A DNA stretch of 64,000 nt from Eledone cirrhosa (lineage: Eukaryota): assembly GCA_964016885.1 (NCBI GenBank), contig OZ024740.1:24924001-24988000 (forward strand). Direction: 5' to 3'. Made by a program: the position numbers and the translations under genes. Shown piece by piece: positions 13,201 to 29,200 of the stretch (within the stretch, counting starts at the first letter, position 1; every line of letters starts with the position of its first letter). Below the pieces are notes generated by a model. It had not been told where the DNA came from and made no database searches. It worked only from the letters and a program-made list of their open reading frames with translations.

Positions 13201-16200
13201 GAAGTTGTAGTGACATTGTCACATGGTCAGCTATTGGAGTTACAGGAAGTTCTAGTGATAATATGACATGGTCAGCTATTGGAGTTACAGGAAGTTCTGG
13301 TGACAATGTGACATGGTCAGATATTGGAGTTACAGGAAGTTCTAGTGACATTGTGACATGGTCAGCTATTGGATTTACAGGAAGTTGTAGTGACATTGTG
13401 ACATGGTCAGCTATTGGAGTTACAGGAAGTTCTAGTGACATTGTGACATGGTCAGATATTGGAGTTACAGGAAGTTCTAGTGACAATGTGACATGGTCAG
13501 CTATTGGAGTTACAGTAAATTGTAGTGACATAGTGACATGGTCAGCTATTGGAGTTACAGGAAGTTCTAGTGACAATGTGACATGTTCAGATATTGGAGT
13601 TACAGGAAGATCTATTGACATTGTGACATTGTCAGATATTGGAGCTACAGGAAGTTCTAGTGACAATGTGACATGGTCAGCTATTGGAGTTACAGGAAGG
13701 TCTAGTGACATTGTGACATGGTCAGATATTGGAGTTACATGAAGTTGTAGTGACATCGTGACATGGTCAGATATTGGAGTTACATGAAGTTGTAGTGACA
13801 TCGTGACATGGTCAGATATTGGAGTTACAGGAAGTTTTAGTGAAGATGTGACATGGTCAGCTATTGGAGTTACAGGAAGTTCCAGTGACAATGTGACATG
13901 GTCAGCTATTGGAGTTACAGGAAGTTGTAGAGACATTGTGTGACATGGTCAGCTATTGGAGTTACAGGAAGTTGTAGTGACATTGTCACATGGTCAGCTA
14001 TTGTAGTTACAGTAAGTTGTATTGACATTGTTACATGTTCAGATATTGGAGTTACAGGAAGTTCTAGTGACATTGTGACATGGTCAGATATTGGAGTTAC
14101 AGGAAGTTCTAGCGACATTGTGACATGATTAGATATTGGAGTTACAGGAAGTTGTTGTGACATTGTGACACGTTCAGATATTGGAGTTACAGGAAGTTCT
14201 AGTGACATTGTGACATGGTCAGATATTGGAGTTACAGGAAGTTGTAGTGACATTGTGACATGGTCAGCTATTGGAGTTACAGGAAGTTCTAGTGACAATG
14301 TGACATGGTCAGATATTGGAGTTACAGGAATTTCTAGTGACATTGTGACATGCTCAGCTATTGGAGTTGCAGGAAGTTCTATTGACATTGTGACATGGTC
14401 AGCTATTGGAGTTACAGGAAGTTATGGTGACATTGTGACATGGTCAGCTATTGGAGTTATGGGAAGTTTTAGTGACAATGTGACATGGTCAGCTATTGGA
14501 GTTACAGGAAGTTCTAGTGACATTTTGAAATGGTCAGATATTGGAGTCACAGGAAGTTGTAGTGATATTGTGACATTGTCAGATATTGTAGTTACAGGAA
14601 GTTGTAGTGACATTGTGACATGTTAAGCTATTGGAGTTACAGGAAGTTCTAGTGACATTGTGACATGGTCAGATTTTGGAGTTACAGGAAGTTCTAGTGA
14701 CAATGTGACACGTTCAGATATTGGAGTTACAGTAAATTGTAGTGACATAGTGACATGGTCAGCTATTGGAGTTACAGGAAGTTCTAGTGACAATGTGACA
14801 TGTTCAGATATTGGAGTTACAGGAAGATCTATTGACATTGTGACATTGTCAGATATTGGAGCTATAGGAAGTTCTAGTGACAATGTGACATGGTCAGCTA
14901 TTGGATTTACAGGAAGGTCTAGTGACATTGTGACATGGTCAGATATTGGAGTTACATGAAGTTGTAGTGACATCGTGACATGGTCAGATATTGGAGTTAC
15001 AGGAAGTTTTAGTGACGATGTGACATGGTCAGCTATTGGAGTTACAGGAAGTTCTAGTGACAATGTGACATGGTCAGCTATTGGAGTTACAGGAAGTTGT
15101 AGAGACATTGTGTGACATGGTCAGCTATTGGAGTTACAGGAAGTTGTAGTGACATTGTCACATGGTCAGCTATTGGAGTTACAGGAAATTCTAGTGACAA
15201 TGTGACATGGTCAGCTATTGGAGTTACAGGAAGTTCTGGTGACAATGTGACATGGTCAGATATTGGAGTTACAGGAAGTTCTAGTGACATTGTGACATGG
15301 TCAGCTATTGGATTTACAGGAAGTTGTAGTGACATTGTGACATGGTCAGCTATTGGAGTTACAGGAAGTTCTAGTGACATTGTGACATGGTCAGATATTG
15401 GAGTTACAGGAAGTTCTAGTGACAATGTGACATGGTCAGCTATTGGAGTTACAGTAAATTGTAGTGACATAGTGACATGGTCAGCTATTGGAGTTACAGG
15501 AAGTTCTAGTGACAATGTGACATGTTCAGATATTGGAGTTACAGGAAGATCTATTGACATTGTGACATTGTCAGATATTGGAGCTACAGGAAGTTCTAGT
15601 GACAATGTGACATGGTCAGCTATTGGAGTTACGGGAAGGTCTAGTGACATTGTGACATGGTCAGATATTGGAGTTACATGAAGTTGTAGTGACATCGTGA
15701 CATGGTCAGATATTGGAGTTACAGGAAGTTTTAGTGACGATGTGACATGGTCAGCTATTGGAGTTACAGGAAGTTCTAGTGACAATGTGACATGGTCAGC
15801 TATTGGAGTTACAGGAAGTTGTAGAGACATTGTGTCACATGGTCAGCTATTGGAGTTACAGGAAGTTGTAGTGACATTGTCACATGGTCAGCTATTGTAG
15901 TTAGAGTAAGTTCTATTGACATTGTGACATGTTCAGATATTGGAGCTACAGGAAGTTCTAGTGACATTGTGACATGGTCAGATATTGGAGTTACAGGAAG
16001 TTCTATTGACATTGTGACATGATCAGATATTGGAGTTACAGGAAGTTGTTGTGACATTGTGACACGTTCAGATATTGGAGTTACAGGAAGTTCTAGTGAC
16101 ATTGTGACATGGTCAGATATTGGAGTTACAGGAAGTTGTAGTGACATTGTGACATGGTCAGCTATTGGAGTTACAGGAAGTTCTAGTGACATTGTGACAT

Positions 16201-19200
16201 GATCAGATATTGGAGTTACAGGAAGTTGTTGTGACATTGTGACACGTTCAGATATTGGAGTTACAGGAAGTTCTAGTGACATTGTGACATGGTCAGGTAT
16301 TGGAGTTACAGGAAGTTGTAGTGACATTGTGACATGGTCAGCTATTGGAGTTACAGGAAGTTCTAGTGACAATGTGACATGGTCAGATATTGGAGTTACA
16401 GGAAGTTCTAGTGACATTGTGACATGGTCAGATATTGGAGTTACATGAAGTTGTAGTGACATCGTGACATGGTCAGATATTGGAGTTACAGGAAGTTTTA
16501 GTGAAGATGTGACATAGTCAGCAATTGGAGTTACAGGAAGTTCTAGTGACAATGTGACATGGTCAGATATTGGAGTTATAGGAATTTCTAGTGACATTGT
16601 GACATGGTCAGCTATTGGAGTTGCAGGAAGTTCTATTGACATTGTGACATGGTCAGCTATTGGAGTTACAGGAAGTTATGGTGACATTGTGACATGGTCA
16701 GCTATTGGAGTTATGGGAAGTTTTAGTGACAATGTGACATGGTCAGCTATTGGAGTTACAGGAAGTTCTAGTGACATTGTGAAATGGTCAGATATTGGAG
16801 TCACAGGAAGTTGTAGTGATATTGTGACATTGTCAGATATTGTAGTTACAGGAAGTTGTAGTGACATTGTGACATGTTAAGCTATTGGAGTTACAGGAAG
16901 TTCTAGTGACATTGTGACATGGTCAGATTTTGGAGTTACAGGAAGTTCTAGTGACAATGTGACATGGTCAGCTATTGGAGTTACAGTAAATTGTAGTGAC
17001 ATAGTGACATGGTCAGCTATTGGAGTTACAGGAAGTTCTAGTGACAATGTGACATGTTCAGATATTGGAGTTACAGGAAGATCTATTGACATTGTGACAT
17101 TGTCAGATATTGGAGCTACAGGAAGTTCTAATGATAATGTGACATGGTCAGCTATTGGAGTTACAGGAAGGTCTAGTGACATTGTGACATGGTCAGATAT
17201 TGGAGTTACATGAAGTTGTAGTGGCATCGTGACATGGTCAGATATTGGAGTTACAGGAAGTTTTAGTGACGATGTGACATGGTCAGCTATTGGAGTTACA
17301 GGAAGTTCTAGTGACAATGTGACATGGTCAGCTATTGGAGTTACAGGAAGTTGTAGAGACATTGTGTGACATGGTCAGCTATTGGAGTTACAGGAAGTTG
17401 TAGTGACATTGTCACATGGTCAGCTATTGGAGTTACAGGAAGTTCTAGTGACAATGTGACATGGTCAGCTATTGGAGTTACAGGAAGTTCTGGTGACAAT
17501 GTGACATGGTCAGATATTGGAGTTACAGGAAGTTCTAGTGACATTGTGACATGGTCAGCTATTGGATTTACAGGAAGTTGTAGTGACATTGTGACATGGT
17601 CAGCTATTGGAGTTACAGGAAGTTCTAGTGACATTGTGACATGGTCAGATATTGGAGTTACAGGAAGTTCTAGTGACAATGTGACATGGTCAGCTATTGG
17701 AGTTACAGTAAATTGTAGTGACATAGTGACATGGTCAGCTATTGGAGTTACAGGAAGTTCTAGTGACAATGTGACATGTTCAGATATTGGAGTTACAGGA
17801 AGATCTATTGACATTGTGACATTGTCAGATATTGGAGCTACAGGAAGTTCTAGTGACAATGTGACATGGTCAGCTATTGGAGTTACAGGAAGGTCTAGTG
17901 ACATTGTGACATGGTCAGATATTGGAGTTACATGAAGTTGTAGTGACATCGTGACATGGTCAGATATTGGAGTTACAGGAAGTTTTAGTGACGATGTGAC
18001 ATGGTCAGCTATTGGAGTTACAGGAACTTCTAGTGACAATGTGACATGGTCAGCTATTGGAGTTACATGAAGTTGTAGAGATATTGTGTGACATGGTCAG
18101 CTATTGGAGTTACAGGAAGTTCTATTGACATTGTGACAAGGTCAGCTATAGGAGTTACAGGAAGTTCTGGTGACATTGTGACATGGTCACCTATTGGAGT
18201 TACAGGAAGTTGTAGTGACAATGTGACATGTTCAGCTATTGGAGTTACAGGAAGTTCTAGTGACAATGTGACATGGTCAGCTATTGGAGTTACAGGAAGT
18301 TCTAGTGACATTGTGACATGGTCAGATATTGGAGTTACAGGAAGTTGTAGTGACATTGTGACATGGTCAGCTATTGGAGTTACAGGAGGTTCTAGTGACA
18401 TTGTGACATGGTCATATATTGGAGTTACAGGAAGTTGTAGTGACATTGTGACATGTTCAGATATTGGAGTTACAGGAAGTTCTAGTGACAATGTGACATG
18501 GTCAGCTATTGGAGTTACAGGAAGTTCTAGTGACATTGTGAAATGGTCAGATAGTGGAGTCACAGGAAGTTGTAGTGACATTGTGACATTGTCAGATATT
18601 GGAGTTACAGGAAGTTGTAGTGACATTGTGACATGTTAAGCTATTGGAGTTACAGGAAGTTCTAGTGACATTCTGACATGGTCAGATATTGGAGTTACAT
18701 GAAGTTTTAGTGACAATGTGACATGGTCAGCTATTGGAGTTACAGGAAGTTCTGGTGACAATGCGACATGGTCAGCTATTGGAGTTACAGGAAGTTGTAG
18801 AGACATTGTGTGACATGGTCAGCTATTGGAGTTACAGGAAGTTGTAGTGACATTGTCACATGGTCAGCTATTGTAGTTAGAGTAAGTTCTATTGACATTG
18901 TGACATGTTCAGATATTGGAGCTACAGGAAGTTCTAGTGACATTGTGACATGGTCAGATATTGGAGTTACAGGAAGTTCTATTGACATTGTGACATGATC
19001 AGATATTGGAGTTACAGGAAGTTGTTGTGACATTGTGACACGTTCAGATATTGGAGTTACAGGAAGTTCTAGTGACATTGTGACATGGTCAGATATTGGA
19101 GTTACAGGAAGTTGTAGTGACATTGTGACATGGTCAGCTATTGGAGTTACAGGAAGTTCTAGTGACATTGTGACATGATCAGATATTGGAGTTACAGGAA

Positions 19201-20261
19201 GTTGTTGTGACATTGTGACACGTTCAGATATTGGAGTTACAGGAAGTTGTAGTGACATTGTGACATGGTCAGCTATTGGAGTTACAGGAAGTTCTAGTGA
19301 CAATGTGACATGGTCAGATATTGGAGTTACAGGAAGTTCTAGTGACATTGTGACATGGTCAGATATTGGAGTTACATGAAGTTGTAGTGACATCGTGACA
19401 TGGTCAGATATTGGAGTTACAGGAAGTTTTAGTGAAGATGTGACATAGTCAGCTATTGGAGTTACAGGAAGTTCTAGTGACAATGTGACATGGTCAGATA
19501 TTGGAGTTATAGGAATTTCTAGTGACATTGTGACATGGTCAGCTATTGGAGTTGCAGGAAGTTCTATTGACATTGTGACATGGTCAGCTATTGGAGTTAC
19601 AGGAAGTTATGGTGACATTGTGACATGGTCAGCTATTGGAGTTATGGGAAGTTTTAGTGACAATGTGACATGGTCAGCTATTGGAGTTACAGGAAGTTCT
19701 AGTGACATTGTGAAATGGTCAGATATTGGAGTCACAGGAAGTTGTAGTGATATTGTGACATTGTCAGATATTGTAGTTACAGGAAGTTGTAGTGACATTG
19801 TGACATGTTAAGCTATTGGAGTTACAGGAAGTTCTAGTGACATTGTGACATGGTCAGATTTTGGAGTTACAGGAAGTTCTAGTGACAATGTGACATGGTC
19901 AGCTATTGGAGTTACAGTAAATTGTATGACATAGTGACATGGTCAGCTATTGGAGTTACAGGAAGTTCTAGTGACAATGTGACATGTTCAGATATTGGAG
20001 TTACAGGAAGATCTATTGACATTGTGACATTGTCAGATATTGGAGCTACAGGAAGTTCTAGTGACAATGTGACATGGTCAGCTATTGGAGTTACAGGAAG
20101 GTCTAGTGACATTGTGACATGGTCAGATATTGGAGTTACATGAAGTTGTAGTGGCATCGTGACATGGTCAGATATTGGAGTTACAGGAAGTTTTAGTGAC
20201 GATGTGACATGGTCAGCTATTGGAGTTACAGGAAGTTCTAGTGACAATGTGACATGGTCAG
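4216..20261. repeat. Large direct duplication: ~4216-11696 repeated at ~12960-20261 (offset 8,744 then 8,789, later 8,475-8,565 after monomer indels)
   Basis: Private variants shared at matching offsets: TTCCAG 5139/13883, TAGCGA 5369/14113, ATTTTGAAA 5781/14525, AGCAATT 7733/16523, AATGATAAT 8341/17130, GGAACTT 9238/18027, GACAAGG 9665/18139, and the 1-bp deletion TGTATGAC 11361/19926. Confidence 0.92.
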
Positions 20262-23200
20262 CTATTGGAGTTACAGGAAGTTGTAGAGACATTGTGTGAC
20301 ATGGTCAGCTATTGGAGTCACAGGAAGTTGTAGTGACATTGTCACATGGTCAGCTATTGTAGTTACATTAAGTTCTATTGACATTGTGACATGTTCAGAT
20401 ATTGGAGCTACAGGAAGTTCTAGTGACATTGTGACATGGTCAGATATTGGAGTTACAGGAAGTTCTAGTGACATTGTGACATGGTCAGATATTGGAGTTA
20501 CAGGAAGTTGTTGTGACATTGTGACACGTTCAGATATTAGAGTTACAGGAAGTTCTAGTGACATTGTGACATGGTCAGATATTGGAGTTACAGGAAGTTG
20601 TAGTGACATTGTGACATGGTCAGCTATTGGAGTTACAGGAAGTTCTATTGACATTGTGACATGGTCAGCTATAGGAGTTACAGGAAGTTCTGGTGACATT
20701 GTGACATGGTCACCTATTGGAGTTACAGGAAGTTGTAGTGACAATGTGACATGTTCAGCTATTGGAGTTACAGGAAGTTCTAGTGACAATGTGACATGGT
20801 CAGCTATTGGAGTTACAGGAAGTTCTAGTGACATTGTGACATGGTCAGATATTGGAGTTACAGGAAGTTGTAGTGACATTGTGACATGGTCAGCTATTGG
20901 AGTTACAGGAGGTTCTAGTGACATTGTGACATGGTCATATATTGGAGTTACAGGAAGTTGTAGTGACATTGTGACATGTTCAGATATTGGAGTTACAGGA
21001 AGTTCTAGTGACAATGTGACATGGTCAGCTATTGGAGTTACAGGACGTTCTAGTGACATTGTGAAATGGTCAGATAGTGGAGTCACAGGAAGTTGTAGTG
21101 ACATTGTGACATTGTCAGATATTGGAGTTACAGGAAGTTGTAGTGACATTGTGACATGTTAAGCTATTGGAGTTACAGGAAGTTCTAGTGACATTCTGAC
21201 ATAGTCAGATATTGGAGTTACAGGAAGTTTTAGTGACAATGTGACATGGTCAGCTATTGGAGTTACAGGAAGTTCTGGTGACAATGCGACATGGTCAGAT
21301 ATTGGAGTTACAGGAAGTTCTAGTGACATTGTGACATGGTCAGCTATTAGAGTTACAGGAAGTTGTAGTGACATTGTGACATGGTCAGCTATTGGAGTTA
21401 CAGTAAATTGTAGTGACATGGTGACATGGTCAGCTATTGGAGTTACAGGAAGTTCTAGTGACAATGTGACATGGTCAGATATTGGAGTTACAGGAAGTTC
21501 TAGTGACATTGTGACATGGTCAGATATTGGAGTTACATGAAGTTGTAGTGACATCGTGACATGGTCAGATATTGGAGTTACAGGAAGTTTTAGTGAAGAT
21601 GTGACATGGTCTGCTATTGGAGTTACAGGAAGTTCTAGTGACAATGTGACATGGTCAGCTATTGGAGTTACAGGAAGTTGTAGAGACATTGTGTGACATG
21701 GTCAGCTATTGGAGTTACAGGAAGTTGTAGTGACATTGTCACATGGTCAGCTATTGTAGTTAGAGTAAGTTCTATTGACATTGTGACATGTTCAGATATT
21801 GGAGCTACAGGAAGTTCTAGTGACATTGTGACATGGTCAGATATTGGAGTTACAGGAAGTTGTTGTGACATTGTGACACGTTCAGATATTAGAGTTACAG
21901 GAAGTTCTAGTGACATTGTGACATGGTCAGATATTGGAGTTACAGGAAGTTGTAGTGACATTGTGACATGGTCAGCTATTGGAGTTTCAGGAAGTTCTAT
22001 TGACATTGTGACATGGTCAGCTATAGGAGTTACAGGAATTTCTGGTGACATTGTGACATGGTCACCTATTGGAGTTACAGGAAGTTGTAGTGACAATGTG
22101 ACATGTTCAGCTATTGGAGTTACAGGAAGTTCTAGTGACAATGTGACATGGTCAGCTATTGGAGTTACAGGAAGTTCTAGTGACATTGTGACATGGTCAG
22201 ATATTGGAGTTACAGGAAGTTGTAGTGACATTGTGACATGGTCAGCTATTGGAGTTACAGGAGGTTCTAGTGACATTGTGGCATGGTCATATATTGGAGT
22301 TACAGGAAGTTGTAGTGACATTGTGACATGTTCAGATATTGGAGTTACAGGAAGTTCTAGTGACAATGTGACATGGTCAGCTATTGGAGTTACAGGAAGT
22401 TCTAGTGACATTGTGAAATGGTCAGATAGTGGAGTCACAGGAAGTTGTAGTGACATTGTGACATTGTCAGATATTGGAGTTACAGGAAGTTGTAGTGACA
22501 TTGTGACATGTTAAGCTATTGGAGTTACAGGAAGTTCTAGTGACATTCTGACATTGTCAGATATTGGAGTTACAGGAAGTTTTAGTGACAATGTGACATG
22601 GTCAGCTATTGGAGTTACAGGAAGTTCTGGTGACAATGCGACATGGTCAGCTATTGGAGTTACAGGAAGTTGTAGAGATATTGTGTGACATGGTCAGCTA
22701 TTGGAGTTACAGGAAGTTGTAGTGACATTGTCACATGGTCAGCTATTGTAGTTAGAGTAAGTTCTATTGACATTGTGACATGTTCAGATATTGGAGCTAC
22801 AGGAAGTTCTAGTGACATTGTGACATGGTCAGATATTGGAGTTACAGGAAGTTCTATTGACATTGTGACATGATCAGATATTGGAGTTACAGGAAGTTGT
22901 TGTGACATTGTGACACGTTCAGATATTGGAGTTACAGGAAGTTCTAGTGACATTGTGACATGGTCAGATATTGGAGTTACAGGAAGTTGTAGTGACATTG
23001 TGACATGGTCAGCTATTGGAGTTACAGGAAGTTCTAGTGACATTGTGACATGATCAGATATTGGAGTTACAGGAAGTTGTTGTGACATTGTGACACGTTC
23101 AGATATTGGAGTTACAGGAAGTTCTAGTGACATTGTGACATGGTCAGGTATTGGAGTTACAGGAAGTTGTAGTGACATTGTGACATGGTCAGCTATTGGA

Positions 23201-26200
23201 GTTACAGGAAGTTCTAGTGACAATGTGACATGGTCAGATATTGGAGTTACAGGAAGTTCTTGTGACATTGTGACATGGTCAGATATTGGAGTTACATGAA
23301 GTTGTAGTGACATCGTGACATGGTCAGATATTGGAGTTACAGGAAGTTTTAGTGAAGATGTGACATAGTCAGCTATTGGAGTTACAGGAAGTTCTAGTGA
23401 CAATGTGACATGGTCAGATATTGGAGTTATAGGAATTTCTAGTGACATTGTGACATGGTCAGCTATTGGAGTTGCAGGAAGTTCTATTGACATTGTGACA
23501 TGGTCAGCTATTGGAGTTACAGGAAGTTATGGTGACATTGTGACATGGTCAGCTATTGGAGTTATGGGAAGTTTTAGTGACAATGTGACATGGTCAGCTA
23601 TTGGAGTTACAGGAAGTTCTAGTGACATTGTGAAATGGTCAGATATTGGAGTCACAGGAAGTTGTAGTGATATTGTGACATTGTCAGATATTGTAGTTAC
23701 AGGAAGTTGTAGTGACATTGTGACATGTTAAGCTATTGGAGTTACAGGAAGTTCTAGTGACATTGTGACATGGTCAGATTTTGGAGTTACAGGAAGTTCT
23801 AGTGACAATGTGACATGGTCAGCTATTGGAGTGACAGTAAATTGTAGTGACATAGTGACATGGTCAGCTATTGGAGTTACAGGAAGTTCTAGTGACAATG
23901 TGACATGTTCAGATATTGGAGTTACAGGAAGATCTATTGACATTGTGACATTGTCAGATATTGGAGCTACAGGAAGTTCTAGTGACAATGTGACATGGTC
24001 AGCTATTGGAGTTACAGGAAGGTCTAGTGACATTGTGACATGGTCAGATATTGGAGTTACATGAAGTTGTAGTGGCATCGTGACATGGTCAGATATTGGA
24101 GTTACAGGAAGTTTTAGTGACGATGTGACATGGTCAGCTATTGGAGTTACAGGAAGTTCTAGTGACAATGTGACATGGTCAGCTATTGGAGTTACAGGAA
24201 GTTGTAGAGACATTGTGTGACATGGTCAGCTATTGGAGTTACAGGAAGTTGTAGTGACATTGTCACATGGTCAGCTATTGGAGTTACAGGAAGTTCTAGT
24301 GACAATGTGACATGGTCAGCTATTGGAGTTACAGGAAGTTCTGGTGACAATGTGACATGGTCAGATATTGGAGTTACAGGAAGTTCTAGTGACATTGTGA
24401 CATGGTCAGCTATTGGATTTACAGGAAGTTGTAGTGACATTGTGACATGGTCAGCTATTGGAGTTACAGGAAGTTCTAGTGACATTGTGACATGGTCAGA
24501 TATTGGAGTTACAGGAAGTTCTAGTGACAATGTGACATGGTCAGCTATTGGAGTTACAGTAAATTGTAGTGACATAGTGACATGGTCAGCTATTGGAGTT
24601 ACAGGAAGTTCTAGTGACAATGTGACATGTTCAGATATTGGAGTTACAGGAAGATCTATTGACATTGTGACATTGTCAGATATTGGAGCTACAGGAAGTT
24701 CTAGTGACAATGTGACATGGTCAGCTATTGGAGTTACAGGAAGGTCTAGTGACATTGTGACATGGTCAGATATTGGAGTTACATGAAGTTGTAGTGACAT
24801 CGTGACATGGTCAGATATTGGAGTTACAGGAAGTTTTAGTGACGATATGACATGGTCAGCTATTGGAGTTACAGGAAGTTCTAGTGACAATGTGACATGG
24901 TCAGCTATTGGAGTTACAGGAAGTTGTAGAGACATTGTGTGACATGGTCAGCTATTGGAGTTACAGGAAGTTGTAGTGACATTGTCACATGGTCAGCTAT
25001 TGTAGTTACATTAAGTTCTATTGACATTGTGACATGTTCAGATATTGGAGCTACAGGAAGTTCTAGTGACATTGTGACATGGTCAGATATTGGAGTTACA
25101 GGAAGTTCTAGTGACATTGTGACATGGTCAGATATTGGAGTTACAGGAAGTTGTTGTGACATTGTGACACGTTCAGATATTAGAGTTACAGGAAGTTCTA
25201 GTGACATTGTGACATGGTCAGATATTGGAGTTACAGGAAGTTGTAGTGACATTGTGACATGGTCAGCTATTGGAGTTACAGGAAGTTCTATTGACATTGT
25301 GACATGGTCAGCTATAGGAGTTACAGGAAGTTCTGGTGACATTGTGACATGGTCACCTATTGGAGTTACAGGAAGTTGTAGTGACAATGTGACATGTTCA
25401 GCTATTGGAGTTACAGGAAGTTCTAGTGACAATGTGACATGGTCAGCTATTGGAGTTACAGGAAGTTCTAGTGACATTGTGACATGGTCAGATATTGGAG
25501 TTACAGGAAGTTGTAGTGACATTGTGACATGGTCAGCTATTGGAGTTACAGGAGGTTCTAGTGACATTGTGACATGGTCATATATTGGAGTTACAGGAAG
25601 TTGTAGTGACATTGTGACATGTTCAGATATTGGAGTTACAGGAAGTTCTAGTGACAATGTGACATGGTCAGCTATTGGAGTTACAGGACGTTCTAGTGAC
25701 ATTGTGAAATGGTCAGATAGTGGAGTCACAGGAAGTTGTAGTGACATTGTGACATTGTCAGATATTGGAGTTACAGGAAGTTGTAGTGACATTGTGACAT
25801 GTTAAGCTATTGGAGTTACAGGAAGTTCTAGTGACATTCTGACATAGTCAGATATTGGAGTTACAGGAAATTTTAGTAACAATGTGACATGGTCAGCTAT
25901 TGGAGTTACAGGAAGTTCTGGTGACAATGCGACATGGTCAGATATTGGAGTTACAGGAAGTTCTAGTGACATTGTGACATGGTCAGCTATTAGAGTTACA
26001 GGAAGTTGTAGTGACATTGTGACATGGTCAGCTATTGGAGTTACAGTAAATTGTAGTGACATGGTGACATGGTCAGCTATTGGAGTTACAGGAAGTTCTA
26101 GTGACAATGTGACATGGTCAGATATTGGAGTTACAGGAAGTTCTAGTGACATTGTGACATGGTCAGATATTGGAGTTACATGAAGTTGTAGTGACATCGT

Positions 26201-29200
26201 GACATGGTCAGATATTGGAGTTACAGGAAGTTTTAGTGAAGATGTGACATGGTCTGCTATTGGAGTTACAGGAAGTTCTAGTGACAATGTGACATGGTCA
26301 GCTATTGGAGTTACAGGAAGTTGTAGAGACATTGTGTGACATGGTCAGCTATTGGAGTTACAGGAAGTTGTAGTGACATTGTCACATGGTCAGCTATTGT
26401 AGTTAGAGTAAGTTCTATTGACATTGTGACATGGTCAGATATTGGAGTTACAGGAAGTTGTAGTGACATTGTGACATGGTCAGCTATTGGAGTTACAGGA
26501 AGTTCTAGTGACATTGTGACATGATCAGATATTGGAGTTACAGGAAGTTGTTGTGACATTGTGACACGTTCAGATATTGGAGTTACAGGAAGTTCTAGTG
26601 ACATTGTGACATGGTCAGATATTGGAGTTACAGGAAGTTGTAGTGACATTGTGACATGGTCAGCTATTGGAGTTACAGGAAGTTCTAGTGACAATGTGAC
26701 ATGGTCAGATATTGGAGTTACAGGAAGTTCTAGTGACATTGTGACATGGTCAGATATTGGAGTTACATGAAGTTGTAGTGACATCGTGACATGGTCAGAT
26801 ATTGGAGTTACAGGAAGTTTTAGTGAAGATGTGACATGGTCAGCTATTGGAGTTACAGGAAGTTCTAGTGACAATGTGACATGGTCAGCTATTGGAGTTA
26901 CAGGAAGTTGTAGAGACATTGTGTGACATGGTCAGCTATTGGAGTTACAGGAAGTTGTAGTGACATTGTCACATGGTCAGCTATTGTAGTTACAGTAAGT
27001 TCTATTGACATTGTTACATGTTCAGATATTGGAGCTACAGGAAGTTCTAGTGACATTGTGACATGGTCAGATATTGGAGTTACAAGAAGTTCTAGTGACA
27101 TTGTGACATGATTAGATATTGGAGTTACAGGAAGTTGTTGTGACATTGTAACACGTTCAGATATTGGAGTTACAGGAAGTTCTAGTGACATTGTGACATG
27201 GTCAGATATTGGAGTTACAGGAAGTTGTAGTGACATTGTGACATGGTCAGCTATTGGAGTTACAGGAAGTTCTAGTGACAATGTGACATGGTCAGATATT
27301 GGAGTTACAGGAATTTCTAGTGACATTGTGACATGGTCAGTTATTGGAGATGCAGGAAGTTCTATTGACATTGTGACATGGTCAGCTATTGGAGTTACAG
27401 GAAGTTATGGTGACATTGTGACATGGTCAGCTATTGGATTTATGGGAAGTTTTAGTGACAATGTGACATGGTCAGCTATTGGAGTTACAGGAAGTTCTAG
27501 TGACATTGTGAAATGGTCAGATATTGGAGTCACAGGAAGTTGTAGTGATATTGTGACATTGTCAGATATTGTAGTTACAGGAAGTTGTAGTGACATTGTG
27601 ACATGTTAAGCTATTGGAGTTACAGGAAGTTCTAGTGACATTGTGACATGGTCAGATATTGGAGTTACAGGAAGTTCTAGTGACAATGTGACATGGTCAG
27701 CTATTGGAGTTACAGTAAATTGTAGTGACATAGTGACATGGTCAGCTATTGGAGTTACAGGAAGTTCTAGTGACAATGTGACATGTTCAGATATTGGAGT
27801 TACAGGAAGATCTATTGACATTGTGACATTGTCAGATATTGGAGCTACAGGAAGTTCTAGTGACAATGTGACATGGTCAGCTATTGGAGTTACAGGAAGG
27901 TCTAGTGACATTGTGACATGGTCAGATATTGGAGTTACATGAAGTTGTAGTGACATCGTGACATGGTCAGATATTGGAGTTACAGGAAGTTTTATTGACG
28001 ATGTGACATGGTCAGCTATTGGAGTTACAGGAAGTTCTAGTGACAATGTGACATGGTCAGCTATTGGAGTTACAGGAAGTTGTAGAGACATTGTGTGACA
28101 TGGTCAGCTATTAGAGTTACAGGAATTTGTAGTGACATTGTCACATGGTCAGCTATTGTAGTTACATTAAGTTCTATTGACATTGTGACATGTTCAGATA
28201 TTGGAGCTACAGGAAGTTCTAGTGACATTGTGACATGGTCAGATATTGGAGTTACAGGAAGTTCTAGTGACATTGTGACATGGTCAGATATTGGAGTTAC
28301 AGGAAGTTGTTGTGACATTGTGACACGTTCAGATATTGGAGTTACAGGAAGTTCTAGTGACATTGTGACATGGTCAGATATTGGAGTTACATGAAGTTGT
28401 AGTGACATTGTGACATGGTCAGCTATTGGAGTTACAGGAAGTTCTAGTGACAATGTGACATGGTCAGATATTGGAGTTACAGGAATTTCTAGTGACATTG
28501 TGACATGGTCAGCTATTGGAGTTGCAGGAAGTTCTATTGACATTGTGACATGGTCAGCTATTGGAGTTACAGGAAGTTATGGTGACATTGTGACATGGTC
28601 AGCTATTGGAGTTATGGGAAGTTATAGTGACAATGTGACATGGTTAGCTATTGGAGTTACAGGAAGTTCTAGTGACATTGTGAAATGGTCAGATATTGGA
28701 GTCACAGGAAGCTGTAGTGATATTGTGACATTGTCAGATATTGTAGTTACAGGAAGTTGTAGTGACATTGTGACATGTTAAGCTATTGGAGTTACAGGAA
28801 GTTCTAGTGACATTGTGACATGGTCAGATATTGGAGTTACAGGAAGTTCTAGTGACAATGTGACATGGTCAGCTATTGGAGTTACAGTAAATTGTAGTGA
28901 CATAGTGACATGGTCAGCTATTGGAGTTACAGGAAGTTCTAGTGACAATGTGACATGTTCAGATATTGGAGTTACAGGAAGATCTATTGACATTGTGACA
29001 TTGTCAGATATTGGAGCTACAGGAAGTTCTAGTGACAATGTGACATGGTCAGCTATTGGAGTTACAGGAAGTTGTAGAGACATTGTGTGACATGGTCAGC
29101 TATTGGAGTCACAGGAAGTTGTAGTGACATTGTCACATGGTCAGCTATTGTAGTTACATTAAGTTCTATTGACATTGTGACATGTTCAGATATTGGAGCT

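Noticed and set aside
1745-15637. TTACGGGAA variant (1745, 6885, 15629), the reverse complement of the high-affinity STAT m67 core TTCCCGTAA
   Set aside because: It is a single A>G change copied by duplication into three of ~1,420 monomers, with no promoter or gene context.
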